DNA of 63,647 bases, filler included, from Saprolegnia diclina VS20 (Eukaryota): the NCBI RefSeq assembly GCF_000281045.1. It is 5 parts of one record of this genome, joined end to end, with 100 filler letters (N's around TTAATTAATTAA, not from the genome) between each part and the next. Parts side by side here need not be neighbours in the genome. Positions count along the whole stretch, not along the records: positions 47,594 to 54,140 come from NW_008246093.1; positions 54,241 to 58,846 come from NW_008246093.1; positions 58,947 to 63,647 come from NW_008246093.1; 2 more parts are not named here. One strand, given 5' to 3'. Each line of letters starts with the position of its first letter. Position 1 is the first letter of the stretch. Shown here in pieces: positions 49,077 to 61,098 of this stretch. A program made the translations under genes and the position numbers. Below the pieces are notes generated by a model. The model was not told where the DNA came from. It saw nothing but the letters and a program-made list of their open reading frames with translations, and made no database searches.

Positions 49077-49650
49077 CAGTCGACTCTGCCTAAGTGCATA
49101 CCACTCAAACTCGATAATCCTCTCGCGGTGATAGTGTCCCAAATACTTTTATACGCCAATTTGAATAAAAATTCGTGATGGTGGGAAAGCCGACCATTTT
49201 TGAATCGCTTCTCGATGGCCAAGAAGCCGCCGAAGAAGCCAACGCGCAAGTCGCGCGCCAATCCTGCGGGTGCGCTCAAGAAGTCGCAGCCCAAGGTCAT
49301 CACCAGGGTCGAGATCCTCGAGTACTACCATGCGCATGGCGAAAACCAATCGCGCACAGCAAAGCACTTCAAGGAGAACGGCTTCCCGTCACTCAACCAG
49401 TCCACGATCTCGCGCTACGTCCGCGATGAAGCCATGTGGCGCAAGCTCGCTGAGGACAAGCGCAGGCACGACGACGTCCGCGTACGCGAGGCGCGCAGCC
49501 CAGGACTGAGCCTCACATGGAGCCGCGGCTTGCACCAGCCTCTCACAATAATATGTACTAGTAAAGCACGATTTTATATTTTTACTCTCACAGTCGATTA
49601 CCCTTTAAATACCATGAAATATCCACTATGCACTTAGGCAGAGTCGACTG
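49077..49650 (+). mobile_element. pogo/Tc1-mariner superfamily non-autonomous DNA transposon (internal deletion derivative, 574 bp)
   Basis: Perfect 24-bp TIRs CAGTCGACTCTGCCTAAGTGCATA (49077-49100) and reverse complement (49627-49650), flanked by TA at 49075-76 and 49651-52. Internal ORF from ATG 49215 has a CENP-B/psq-like HTH (NQSRTAKHF..LNQSTISRYVR) and no DDE domain. Confidence 0.9.
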
Positions 49651-49685
49651 TAATACTGTTCTAGGACAATATATCGACATGAATC

Positions 49686-52600
49686 ATGGCTACAATGGGC
49701 TGTCGACGAGAACAACTGCCGCACGCGTCTTATGAACGACGACCTCGACGACCTCGAGGCACTCTTCTGCAAGCGCTTCATCGGCGGGCGGTCCGCGCGG
49801 GCCGCCTGTTTGAAAACGTCGAGCAAGGTGGCAGCGCCCTCGGTGGGTACGAGAGCGTCGACGAGTATCTGCAACGGGTCGCCGACGCCGCCCAGGTGGC
49901 AGGCCACAGCGAAGACGAAGAGCTTATGATCGAGAAGGCACGCGATGGACTTACGGATCGGGACATTCGCATGGTCGCCGCCCGCATGGACGGACCGATC
50001 ACTGCTGCGTGGGAGCCCTTAAAGAAGAGCGCCTTGGCCGTCGATGAGCTACTGCGATCCAGAAGACCACGACAAGACGCCCTGAGAAACGCCGCTGGAC
50101 CCGACACGACGACGACGGCGTCCGCGAGCTCAAACGACGAGAGCGCCGGCGAGGGCAGTTGGGCCTTCCGCGCGCCAGTCGCCCAGACAACATACCTGCA
50201 CCCGTCGCCTGCGCAGTTTCCCGTCACCGGCTACCCGGATGCGCCGGTTTTTGGGCGAGACCGCCGGTAGGAGCTACCCGGTGGTCGCACAAGGACGAGA
50301 AGCTCAAGGAAGACAAGGTAGAAGGATGATGACAAACGAAGAGACAGCGACTGTGGCCCCGACGCCGATGCAGCCCGCGATACCAGTACAAATTATGACG
50401 GCACGGCAGGACGTGGGCGGCGACGGTGAGAGGGCGGCGATCCGGGCAGCACGAAAGGCCCGACGAGCAGTAGCCAAGAAGAGAGCGGTAGCCGAGGCCG
50501 CCAGGCAAGCCGCAGCCGTGGCTGCGAGAGAAGAAGAAGGATGCGACAGGAGCCACCGACGAAGGTGCGGCAAGAAGCTCAGCAGAAGGTGCGCTAGATG
50601 GTGCAGGAGACGGCGCAGCAGAAGGTTTTGGCAACGGGTGCTGACAACAATACAACAGAAGGCGGCGGCGACGCAGTGAGAGGAGAAGCCGAAGCTCACG
50701 ACCAACGGCCATGCGTAGAGGTGTACCCCGCGTGGGATGCAGTCGGACCGCGAAGAGAGCACTGGCGGCCGCACTACCCGCGCTGGGAAAATGGCCCCGA
50801 CGGACATGCACGTCTCGTCAAGGCTGGGCCGGACATGCTACGGACCGTCGCGACGGTGCATGTAGAGCGGCGTGCCCTCGCACGCGACGGGTTTGCCCAG
50901 CTGGTCGTCTCGACTACGTGCAACGACGTACCGGTCGAGATGCTATTTGGCACGGGTGCCATGGTGTCACTCATTTCGGCACGGCAGTGGCACGAGCTCG
51001 GACGGCCCTCGCTGCACCCGTTCTGACAGCGACTGCGGGGAGCAGGTGGCGCAACCATCGATGACCTTGGGTGTTCTACGATGACGGTCCGATTTTGCGG
51101 GACCACGGTGTGCCACTCATTTGTGGTGTCCCCCGACCGGTACGACGGCATCTTGGGAATGGATTTTATTCTGACCCACGGGGTTTCCACGACGACGCTG
51201 CGAGATCGTGTCGTGCTCAATACGGCGGACGACCAAGAGATCGCGACCATCCGCCCTGCCAAAGACCACGCCATCGACGTCAACATACTCAAGGCGGACG
51301 AGGAGCTCCCAGCGTGGGTCCAGTTGATCCTCCAAAAGTTTGACGCGGTCTTTGCGCGCCGCGGCGAGCGAGTACGACAGACGAAGAAGTGCGAACACCG
51401 CGTGGAAGTACGCGGGAGCCATACGCCTCAGCAACTACCCGATGGACCCGAGGAAGCAGTGCATTTTGCGCGAGCTCGTGCGGCAGATGGTGCGAGACGG
51501 CATGGCCAAGCAAGTCGAAGCCAGCAAGTGGGGCATCCCGGCGTTCCTCCGGCCCAAGCGCAACATGGCCGACCCGACGACCCAAGCCAGTGGCGTATGG
51601 TGAACGACCTGCGTCAAGTCAACAAAAACACAGTTGTCGTCGTCAACCCGCTGCCGCGCGTCTGGGACCTGCTCGAGCGCGTCGCCAAGTCAACGTACTT
51701 TGCGCTCCTCAACCTCGCGTCGTCGTTTTTGGCAAGCGCGGTTCGCTGGCGCAGTCGGCGTCAAGTTTGTATTTGTCACGGAAGACGGCGCGTTTGAACC
51801 GACAGGGATGGTCAAGGGCGGCGTCAACTCGGCGGGCGCGATGCAAGCATTCATGCTCGACACGTTCGGTGACAACGGCGGCCGGTTCATCGAGGTGTAC
51901 ATTGACGACATCATCATCCACTGGAGAAGCGAGGAAGAGCACAAGCACCACGTGGCGCTCGCGATGGCCCGCGCGCAAGAGGCCGGATGGATACTGCGAC
52001 GCGAGAAGTGCGTGTGGAGCGCCAAGCGAGTCGAGTACCTCGGCCACGTTTTGGGAGGCAACGGCGTCGTCAAGACCAAGGGTAGCCTCGTACGCAGCAT
52101 CGTGTCGGCGCCGACAATCGAGACCACGGACCAGTTGGGAGAGTTCCTGGGCCGTGCCGGGTACTACCGGCGGTTCATGCCGGGCTTCGCAACCCAGCGG
52201 CACCACTCTTTTCGAAGGCCACGACGCCTGGCGACCTCGTACTCGGGTCGGAAGAAGAAGACGCCGTCGCGCACATTTTACGTCTTGTGAACGACATGGT
52301 CGCGCTCCAGGTCCCGACGCCCGACGCCACGTTCAACCTCACGGTCGGCGCCGACTTCTCGACGATCGGGTGTGTGCTCTCGCAGGCGTCGGCCGACGGC
52401 GAGCGGCCAATCGGGTTTGCCAGTGCGACGCTCAACGAGTGCGAGCTCCGCTACACACCCGTGGAGAAGACGATGATGGCGCTGCTGCTCGGTGTGAGGC
52501 AATGGGCGACATCACCTTGGTGGCGCAGTGATCCAAGTGTACACATGGAACCCAAACCTCCGATGGGCAGTATGCCCACCACTACGGCCGACTTGGCAAT

Positions 52601-54140
52601 TGGCAGTTTGAGCTCGGGTCCCTTCCGCTCAAGATTGACGTCGGGTAGAAACGGGAGCAGTACCCGCTCGAGATGCTGCTGGGCCAACCACCGCAAGATG
52701 CACCAACGATCGTCACGCACCCGCGCGACTTTCCAGTGGTCCCATATGGGCGAGGACACGGTTATCGTATCGAGCGACGGGGCCAACCGCGGCGAGGAGA
52801 CGAGCGGTCATGGGTTCTGCATGTGGGACAACCACGGCCGCATCTTGCTCGGCGCCGGCGGTGGTTCGGGCCCTGACACAGCGACAGTCAACCAGCAAGA
52901 AGCCGCTGGTCTCGAAGCCGCGCTCCGGGCCGCGCGGGGCCGCGGTAGCCGTACCGTGGTGGCGTTTTCGGATTCCGAGCTCATCTGCAACCTCGTCCAC
53001 CGCATCTTTGTCCCCAAGGAAGAGGGCCTCCGGAAGGGTATCTCGACGATCACGCAGATCCTCAGCGGCTTCGACGCGTGGGTGCTCTACCACGTACCTC
53101 GGGAGTACAACGACGCCGCCGATTGCGTCGCCAATTGGGTCATGGATGACCAGCCGCAAGCGGGCCAGCAAGGAATCGCTGACAGGAAGGCCGGGAGCGT
53201 CGACACCGTCCAAGCGTGGATCGACATGAGCTGACCGCCACCACCATGGGGCTGCGTACCTCCGTATGATGCAGCGGATCAAGACGCTGTGACGGCGGCC
53301 ATCGCAGCCACTGACGATGCCAGCGTCGCCGACGAGCTGCGCAACCAGCGTATCTGACAGGGCCAGCTCGACGTCCGGTGGATGGCTGGGTTCATCGAGT
53401 ACCTTGAGCAGAACGACGATGGTCAGCCCATCCGGTACAAGCGAGAAGATGTCGCCGACTACACGATGCTCGACGGCGTGTTCTGCAAGATGACAACTCG
53501 ACCGGCTTGCCGACGAGGCGTCGGGCCGCGCCGTCTAGTCGCGGTAATCCCATCGTCGCTACGACGGGAGATGGTCGCCGGTGCACACGCCGGCGTCGAC
53601 GAATCTCATGGCGGCATCCAAGAGACCCTCGACAAGCTCGCCTTGACGTCGTATTGGCCAGGCATGCTCGGCGATGTCACTGCGTTCGTGAAGCGGTGTA
53701 TCCGGTGTCAAGAGTCCAAGCACCCACGCCATACCACGCGCGCGCCCAGTGGTAGCCCGCGCGTCGGATACGCACCGATGGATGCACTTGCGGTCGACCA
53801 CGCGGACCTGCTCAGTGTACCTACGGCCAACGGCAACAAGTACGTCCTCGTCGTCACGGACCTTTTAACGCGCTACGTCTGGTGCCTGCCAGTCCGCGAC
53901 AAGTCGACGGACGACGACGGCGATAGTGCTGCACAACTTTATCATCCAGCCTTTTGGAGCACCACGAGTGCTGGTTTCCGACCGGGGTCAAGCGTACATG
54001 GCCAAGGTCTCGCGGTGCCTCTACACCATGTACAACGTCAAGCACTGTCCGACGACAGCGTACCGACCTCAAGCCAACGGCGTAGTCGAACGAGTGAACC
54101 GGACGGTCAAAGAACGGCTCCGCGCTCTCATCCTCGCCCG
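49686..54140 (+). mobile_element. Degenerate Ty3/Gypsy LTR retrotransposon internal region: gag-PR-RT-RH-extra RNase H-INT, truncated by gap
   Basis: Protease LFGTGA (DTG mutated, 50949) and GILGMDF; RT WRMVNDLR and YIDD (51898-51909); RH RPIGFAS..RYTPVEK; second RNase H SDGA..NQQEAAG..SDSEL..HVPREYNDAAD; integrase H..H..CIRC, AVDH, SDRG, NGVVERVN. Multiple frameshifts and stops. No LTR pair identified. Confidence 0.9.
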
Positions 54141-54240
54141 NNNNNNNNNNNNNNNNNNNNNNNNNNNNNNNNNNNNNNNNNNNNTTAATTAATTAANNNN
54201 NNNNNNNNNNNNNNNNNNNNNNNNNNNNNNNNNNNNNNNN

Positions 54241-54486
54241 TAGAGCATACTTCGTTGGGGCGATGTACTTGAGATGACCGTCGGACCACGTGGCGTTGGG
54301 CGCAAACGCTTGGCGAAAGAACGGATCGCACATGTACACACGGTGTCGGCTAGCGCCAAGCTCCACGAGCTCATGACAGGCGCGAAAGGCCGGGCGCACG
54401 TCTTCATACGAGCCAAACTGAAACTCAAACACCATCGACGCGATCTCGGGCTGGCCAAGGATGGTGCTGGCGAAGGTCGCTGCCAT
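54241..54486 (-). CDS. 5' part of ankyrin-repeat gene A (continues at 57593)
   Basis: MAATFASTILGQPEIASMVFEFQFG...; bases 54241-54287 are identical to 57547-57593. Confidence 0.7.
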
Positions 54487-54767
54487 CGTGGCGATCGTCT
54501 GGCAAAATGGCACGGCATCCGGACGCTGAGTCTGGGCCGTGTATCCGGATGTGGCGTGAAATCGATAGATTGATAGATTGCTCTGGTTGGCGCTCGATTT
54601 GCACTGCTTGCAACGGCGTCGTCCACGGCTTTGCGACTACCAAGGTCGTAGTACAGTACGATGGAATACCAATAACGCCCGGACCGGTCCTCGCTCGGAC
54701 AACCAAAAAACCCCTTCAAGGACAAGCCGTTGGCCACGTCCAGTTGGTCGACACCAACCACCTCGGA

Positions 54768-55260
54768 CTAATGGAGCGGCGTCCAACATACCAACAAATC
54801 TCTGTGGCGAGGCAGATTAAAAGTACATTTTTTTGTTCGTGAGCATAATTCGGCGCCTGAAATCGTCAAAAACAATATCGAAGATTTCGGGGAGGCGCCT
54901 TCGGTGCGTTTGCAGTCGAGAAAGCTGACGACATTGTGATGACCATTGCAAATGGCCCAATTGAGCGCTCCGACTGTGCAGCCTTCAGTGCGGTTGAAAT
55001 GAAGAAAGCGAACGACGTCCAAATGACCGTTGTCCGCTGCACCATCCATCGCTGTCGTCGTGCAGCCCTCGCTTCGATGTTCATGCAGAAAGCCAACGAC
55101 CTCCAAATGGCCATTGGCCGCCGCGTTGTTCATGGCGTCCGTCGAGCAGCTGAAGCCGCGTTCGTGTAGCAACTGAACGAGCGGCAAGAAACCTCGGCCC
55201 GCAAGATGGTCCAAGAGACCATGGGAGCACAGCCATGGAAAAAGGTCGAGTGCGAGCGTT
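54768..55260 (-). pseudogene. Ankyrin-repeat fragment (3' part of paralog B, truncated)
   Basis: CSTDAMNNAAANGHLEVV..EGCTTTAMDGAADNGHLDVV. Similarity to paralog A is lost after EGAS. Confidence 0.65.
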
Positions 55261-55654
55261 NNNNNNNNNNNNNNNNNNNNNNNNNNNNNNNNNNNNNNNN
55301 NNNNNNNNNNNNNNNNNNNNNNNNNNNNNNNNNNNNNNNNNNNNNNNNNNNNNNNNNNNNAAAGCGCAACGAGCGCAATGAGACTCTACAAGCCAGTGGC
55401 GTGAGCTATGTGCAGCGGACAACCCGACCATTATGCAGGCAGATTGCGAGAAGAAGAGGCAGCGTCGGCGATGTCGCTGCCATCTACTGCTCAATACTAC
55501 TAGTAGGCTCGAACAAGGCATGGACTGAGTACATCTTCATTCTCAAGAGGACGCTATCGGCGTGCTGTGCTCTTTTTGCCCGATGGTGGGGCCCATTGCT
55601 TTCGTTGCAAAATCGGTCTCTGCTTGCGGATCCAGTCACCATTTGCTATTTGAG

Positions 55655-57593
55655 CTAACGGGACGCTTGCGTTTGCTGGCGTGTCAGCTGCATCTGGAGC
55701 TGACCGTCCTGAACCAAAGATATCTTTTTCTCGAGCTGCTCAATGGTCGGCGTCGCATTGGTCACGTGAAGATGACCAATGACGAGCGCTAGCGCCCAGT
55801 CGACAACCTCACCCGCCTCCAGCTGGGCTGATGCCCGCGCTGCCGCGCAAGAAGCCAATTGGGTGGATTCGCTGGCCTTCTTTCCTTGGTCCAGGAGCTC
55901 AGGCGTGATCAACTGGAGTATCGTTGCACGGCGGCGGTTGGGCAGCGCGAGCAGATCGAGAAGAAAGCTGACGTTGTCGAGATGGTCGATCGCGTGCATG
56001 CAGTACGGCAGCAAGCTCTTGCTCGCGGTCACGTGCTGTTGTCGACCTGCAAGCGTAACGAGACACTCGCGAAAGTCACCGGCAGAGAGCAGATATCGCG
56101 TCGCCTCCAAGTTGAGGCATCCCTTCAAGCGACTGGCGCTGCTAAGCCCTGGCTGGTCCTGCAAAATGTGCGCCGCGGCCTCAAAGTTGCCAGAGCATAG
56201 CGCCTGCTTGAGTTGAGTGCGTGCCGACACCTCCTTCGTGTCGGTGGCCAAGAGATAGCGCACAACGTCCCACGCCATTGCCCACATGGCTGTATGGAGC
56301 GCTTTGCGGCGCGAGGCAGTCCCCAAGTGCGAGCACAGGAAACGCACGAGCGGTACGTTGTTGACCTCGCACGCTTTGAACAACCATTTGCTTTCCATCG
56401 AATAGCCGCGTGCAATCAAGAGCTGCATGACGCCAACCATCTCGGGCTTGCGGAAGGCGTCTTCGTCACAGCGACTCATTGACGTCGGGAACGGGCACCC
56501 GAGTGAGAGGAGGTACTCGGCCGTTTGCAGCTGTCCGTGCGCCATAGCGATGTCGACTACGTTATCGAGGGTGCAGCCTTCGCTTCGGTGCGTCAAGAGA
56601 AACGTGACGATCTCCAAATGTCCGCATCGCGCTGCGCCGTCGACGGCGCCGACTGTGCAGCCAAACGAGCCGAGCGAATGGAGGTACTGGACGACGCCAA
56701 AGTGACCATTCACAGCAGCATCGTCGAGAACATTGAGCGATGCGCCTTCAAATCGGTGCTCGAGGAGGAAGCGGACAACGTCAAGTTGGCCGTTGGAGAT
56801 AGCCCTGTCGAGAGCGTCGACCGTACAGCCTTCGGACCGGTTGACATGAAGAAACGTGACAACGTCCAGATGACCGTTGCCGGCAGCAATGTCCATGGCG
56901 TAGCTGGTGCAACCCTCCCGTCGGTACAGATGCAAAAAGCAGACGACCTCCAAATGCCCGTTGGCCGCTACCTTGTCCATTGCGTCTGTCGAGCAGTCGA
57001 CACCGCGTTCGTGCAGCAAGCGCACGAGCGGCAAGAAGCCTCGACCTGCAATATCGTCCATGAGACTTGGGTAAAAAAGCCACGGAAAAAGGTCGAGTGC
57101 CAGCGTCAAGTTGGCGAGCGTCGCCTCTTGGATCGCGAGCCGGCGCTCATAGTTTTTCAAATCGTCGGGGCGCGGGCCGAAGCGCTGGAGCAAAAGAAGG
57201 CCTCTCGAGTCGTCTCGAGCCAGCGTTTTGGCCACAGCGTATTGCAAGCTCTTATGGTACGCAGTGCACCGTGCCGAGTTGTCTACGTCGTCGCTGTCAT
57301 CACACTCCATCAATGATTTGACCAAGCCTTACTCTGGCGAATGTCGCGAAAAGAGAGCTCGGGCATGGTCTCGCGCGCATGCAAGAGGAGCTCTGCGATC
57401 TCGAGGTGGTCTGTCCAGAAGGCCAAGAAGATGAGGACTTGTGACGCGAGGTCTGGTCGACAGCCAAGAATGCGCTTGGTCAGCTGCGCGAACCCTTCGG
57501 CTACGGCCAAGTGCAGAGGTAGGCGCGGGTCGAGCTGATCGCCGCATAGAGCATACTTCGTTGGGGCGATGTACTTGAGATGACCGTCGGACC
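55655..57593 (-). CDS. Ankyrin-repeat protein A (body)
   Basis: Repeated AMDxAAxNGHLxVVxFLH..R.EGCT units in a 556-aa ORF. The upstream exon joins through a GTAAGG intron near 57330. Confidence 0.85.
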
Positions 57594-57693
57594 NNNNNNN
57601 NNNNNNNNNNNNNNNNNNNNNNNNNNNNNNNNNNNNNNNNNNNNNNNNNNNNNNNNNNNNNNNNNNNNNNNNNNNNNNNNNNNNNNNNNNNNN

Positions 57694-58362
57694 TTTGTAC
57701 GCGTTCCGGCGGAATATTTGTGAAAAGTCATCGGGGCGCGGGCCAAAGCGCTCGAGCAAACGAATGCCCTTCGAGTCGTTTCGAGCCAACATTTTGCTTT
57801 AGTACTCGATGTGTGCAGAGTTCAACAGCGACAAATCTCCTACACCATAGTACGTCACCGACGAGGATCATCCATATAAGACCATGCGCGTACCTGTTTT
57901 GTCGCTTTGGATGACGCCGCGCCGATAGAGCTCTGGTACTTTTGTCGCACGTGCGTCCAGCAAAACCTCAGCAATCTCGACGTGGTCGTTCAGAAAAGCC
58001 AAAATAATGGCGTCCTCCGACGCGAGGTCCGGTCGGCAGCCAAGAATGCGCTTGGTTAAATGCGTGAACCCTTCGGTGATGGCCAGATGCAATGGCAGAC
58101 GCGCGTCGATCTCATTTCTGCGCAGCGCGTACTGGTAACAGAAGAACATTTCGTGGTCATGGGACCAAACGGCGTTCGGCGCAAAGGTTTCGCGGAAGGA
58201 TTCGTCTTGCCAATACATGCTAGAGCTAGAATCAAACTCGAGGAGCTGCTTGCAGGCGATGAAAGCTGGGCGCACGTCTTCGGAGACACCAGCCTGGTAG
58301 CCAAAGATGATGGCGGCCAACTCGGGTTGGCCGAGGACGACACTGGTGAAGGTTGCTGCCAT
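57694..58362 (-). pseudogene. 5' part of ankyrin-repeat paralog B (apparent in-frame stop)
   Basis: MAATFTSVVLGQPELAAIIFGYQAG..RLPLHLAI. After the intron, IEY*SKMLARNDSKG aligns to LQYAVAKTLARDDSRG of paralog A. Confidence 0.6.
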
Positions 58363-58995
58363 GTTTCGGATCGTTTGGCAAATGACATTCGTCGCACCGT
58401 GTCTCCGAGCAACATTTGTTTTACCAGTTGAATGAATTGTTGGTTTTTTGCTATATTATCAACCTATTATCAAGGTCATTGATTCATGTATTCTCTTGAT
58501 AGTATCAATTCAACGTTCATCCACCATTGTCGAGACACAGAACCCGTGTTGAGCCAGTTTGTCAAACTCGGCGGTATTGCATACAGATCTCGCTGCACCT
58601 GAATACACCAACGTCGAGGGACTGCTGCAGAAGAAGAGAGTAGAGCATGCTATGGCGTATTCGAATGGTCAGCGCTTGTGGTTACTGTCGAGAGGTCGTT
58701 GTAGCTGCGCCTGGAGCTCGCACCCACCGTTGCTTTCTTTTCGAGTTGCCGAAGTATTGGGCAGCCTCCATGGTGTGTTGGGTGTTGAATCACGTGACTC
58801 GGTTGATCGTGTCATGCAATGACACTATTCACTGAATGATACGTACNNNNNNNNNNNNNNNNNNNNNNNNNNNNNNNNNNNNNNNNNNNNTTAATTAATT
58901 AANNNNNNNNNNNNNNNNNNNNNNNNNNNNNNNNNNNNNNNNNNNNAAACAACTATTTCTACAGTTCAATACACTTGACAACAAAACGACGTAGT

Positions 58996-59973
58996 CTACA
59001 CACTCTTGTACGGCGTTTCGGTTGCTTCGGCGCGCGGCGTTTCAACAGCGACCGCCACAGCAACCGGCACATCGGCAGGGTCGTCCTTGGCGCTCGACGA
59101 TGTTTTTTTCTGGTTCCAAATACCCTCGGCCGTGTACAAGGCGAGCGCGACCCAGACGAGAATGAAGCCAATGAGCTTGGTCGACGAGAACGGTTCGTGG
59201 TAGACGAGGACGCCGAGGAGGAAGACAAGACTCGGCGAGATGTACTGGAGCATGCCAAGCACGTTGAACTGGATGCGTTGCGCGGCCGAGGCGAAGAGGA
59301 GAAGCGGGATCACGGTCACGATACCGCCGCCAATGAGCATCAAGGTCGACTTGGTATCGACGTGACCAAATGCGCCAGTGCCGTTGCACTCGACAACAAT
59401 CAGATAGATGAACGACGGAATGAGCATGATCGCGGTCTCGAGCATGAGGCCGTTGAGCGAGTTGAGCGGCGCCATCTTCTTGATGCAGCCGTAGATCGAG
59501 AAGGACCCCGCGAGCGTAATCGCAACCCACGGAAACTTGGCGTACGCGATCGCAACGACGAGGAGGCCGGCGGCAGCAATCGCGATCGAGACCCACTGCC
59601 ACTTGCGCAGCTTCTCCTTGAAGACGAGCACGCTCAGAATGACCGTGAGGATCGGCGTCAAAAAATAGCCAAGGCTCGTCTCGACCACATAGCCCGCGTT
59701 GATGGCCCAGACGTACGTCATCCAGTTGGTCAAGATGAAGATGCTTGAGAGCGTGTACGTGATGAGGATCTTGCGGTTCGCGACTTCGGTGCGGAACGTC
59801 GTCCACTGGCCCGTCAAGCACATGATGAGCGCGAGGAAGACAAAGGACCACACGATGCGGTGGAGCGCGAGCTGGACGGCCGAGATCGCCTCGAGCTCCT
59901 TCCAATAGAGCGGGAAGAGGCCCCAGATGACGAAGCACGTCGTGGCGTACAGAACGCCCAAGTTGATGGCCAT
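58996..59973 (-). CDS. rarD: RarD-like EamA/DMT transporter (copy 1)
   Basis: WGLFPLYWK, LHRIVWS, NWMTYVWAIN..VETSLGYFLTP, SFSIYGCIKK, GLMLET, LGMLQYISPS, GFILVWVAL. Intronless. Confidence 0.92.
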   Translation of the reverse strand: MAINLGVLYATTCFVIWGLFPLYWKELEAISAVQLALHRIVWSFVFLALIMCLTGQWTTFRTEVANRKILITYTLSSIFILTNWMTYVWAINAGYVVETSLGYFLTPILTVILSVLVFKEKLRKWQWVSIAIAAAGLLVVAIAYAKFPWVAITLAGSFSIYGCIKKMAPLNSLNGLMLETAIMLIPSFIYLIVVECNGTGAFGHVDTKSTLMLIGGGIVTVIPLLLFASAAQRIQFNVLGMLQYISPSLVFLLGVLVYHEPFSSTKLIGFILVWVALALYTAEGIWNQKKTSSSAKDDPADVPVAVAVAVETPRAEATETPYKSV

Positions 59974-59987
59974 GTTGTTGTCCCGAG

Positions 59988-60004
59988 GCAAATTGAAAAG
60001 TGAA
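59988..60004 (-). promoter_or_regulatory. INR+FPR core promoter of rarD copy 1
   Basis: Minus strand TTCACTTTTCAATTTGC, 14 nt before ATG 59973. Confidence 0.7.
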
Positions 60005-61098
60005 GAAGTCCACGTCTGATTGCCGCAGGTGCAAGCCAGCTGGCGTCTTTACGGACACGTCGGTGGGACTTGACTGGACGGCGCGCGGGGGTGTGATCGT
60101 TTGAGTGCCTCTATCCATTACGGACGCGGTATCCGCCAATCCGAGGCTTGGCTGTACCACACATCTGGCGCGTATCGCAGCACCCGTCTGCGAACGTGTG
60201 GTAGAGGATTACTATCTGGACGCCGAAGTCGGATGGAAGCCTGCGACATATTGAACGACGTGGCCAACGGGAGGATCGCGGTGAGGCGAGCCAATGGCGC
60301 CACGTCTGCTGACCACGTGAAACCGCCATCTGCTTGGAGGTTGCCACGTCATGGAACAATAAGATCTTGATGCGTGTACTTTTTTTTCTGGATGGTGCCA
60401 TCCAATTCAAGGCCGCCTTTTTACCGTAGATGATAAGCTTTTCCGGAAATTGGAATGAATTGTCGTCGGGCTCGATTGCTTGGATGAGTCCATCGGTACT
60501 GCTTGAAGAACGGACCATGGTCCTGCGAATTTGGTGGTGACGTCTTTGATCAACATAACATAACTGCCCAAAGTTCTGGCCAGCTGCAACGAAAAACATG
60601 GTGTTGCCCTCACGGCGACTCGGGCATCGTGTCGACCGCCAAAGTCAACAACGGCGACATAAACGAGTATGCTTTTTTACACGATCATGGACACACAGCA
60701 TCGACACACACGTCCACGCAAGCATATTATGTTGAACCAGATGTGTGGACCCAACCTTCAACCGGTCCGCTGGGACGTCCACTCTTGCAAGATTCTATTT
60801 CGCTTCGGAAATACAGATTTCTGGCAGCGCGGGATGGTTTCGACGCATTGCATCTCAAGCCACAGAGGCATCCAGCCATACGCTCTATCCCTACTCCCGT
60901 TGCCAAACTCAAAACGTATTGAAACGAACAACCCCTTTGCACCGAGTGCTACATATACGACGCAACTCAGGTTGTGGTATACACTATGGTTGTGGACCCG
61001 AGAATGGCTCTGCTGGCCTCATTTTCACCTTATCGCAATGCCACGATGGCGTCGCAAGTCGAGATCCACATCAACTGGTATATATTTTATCTCTATAT

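Noticed and set aside
60111..61000. ORFs in the rarD1-rarD2 spacer
   Set aside because: No codon bias or recognisable domain.
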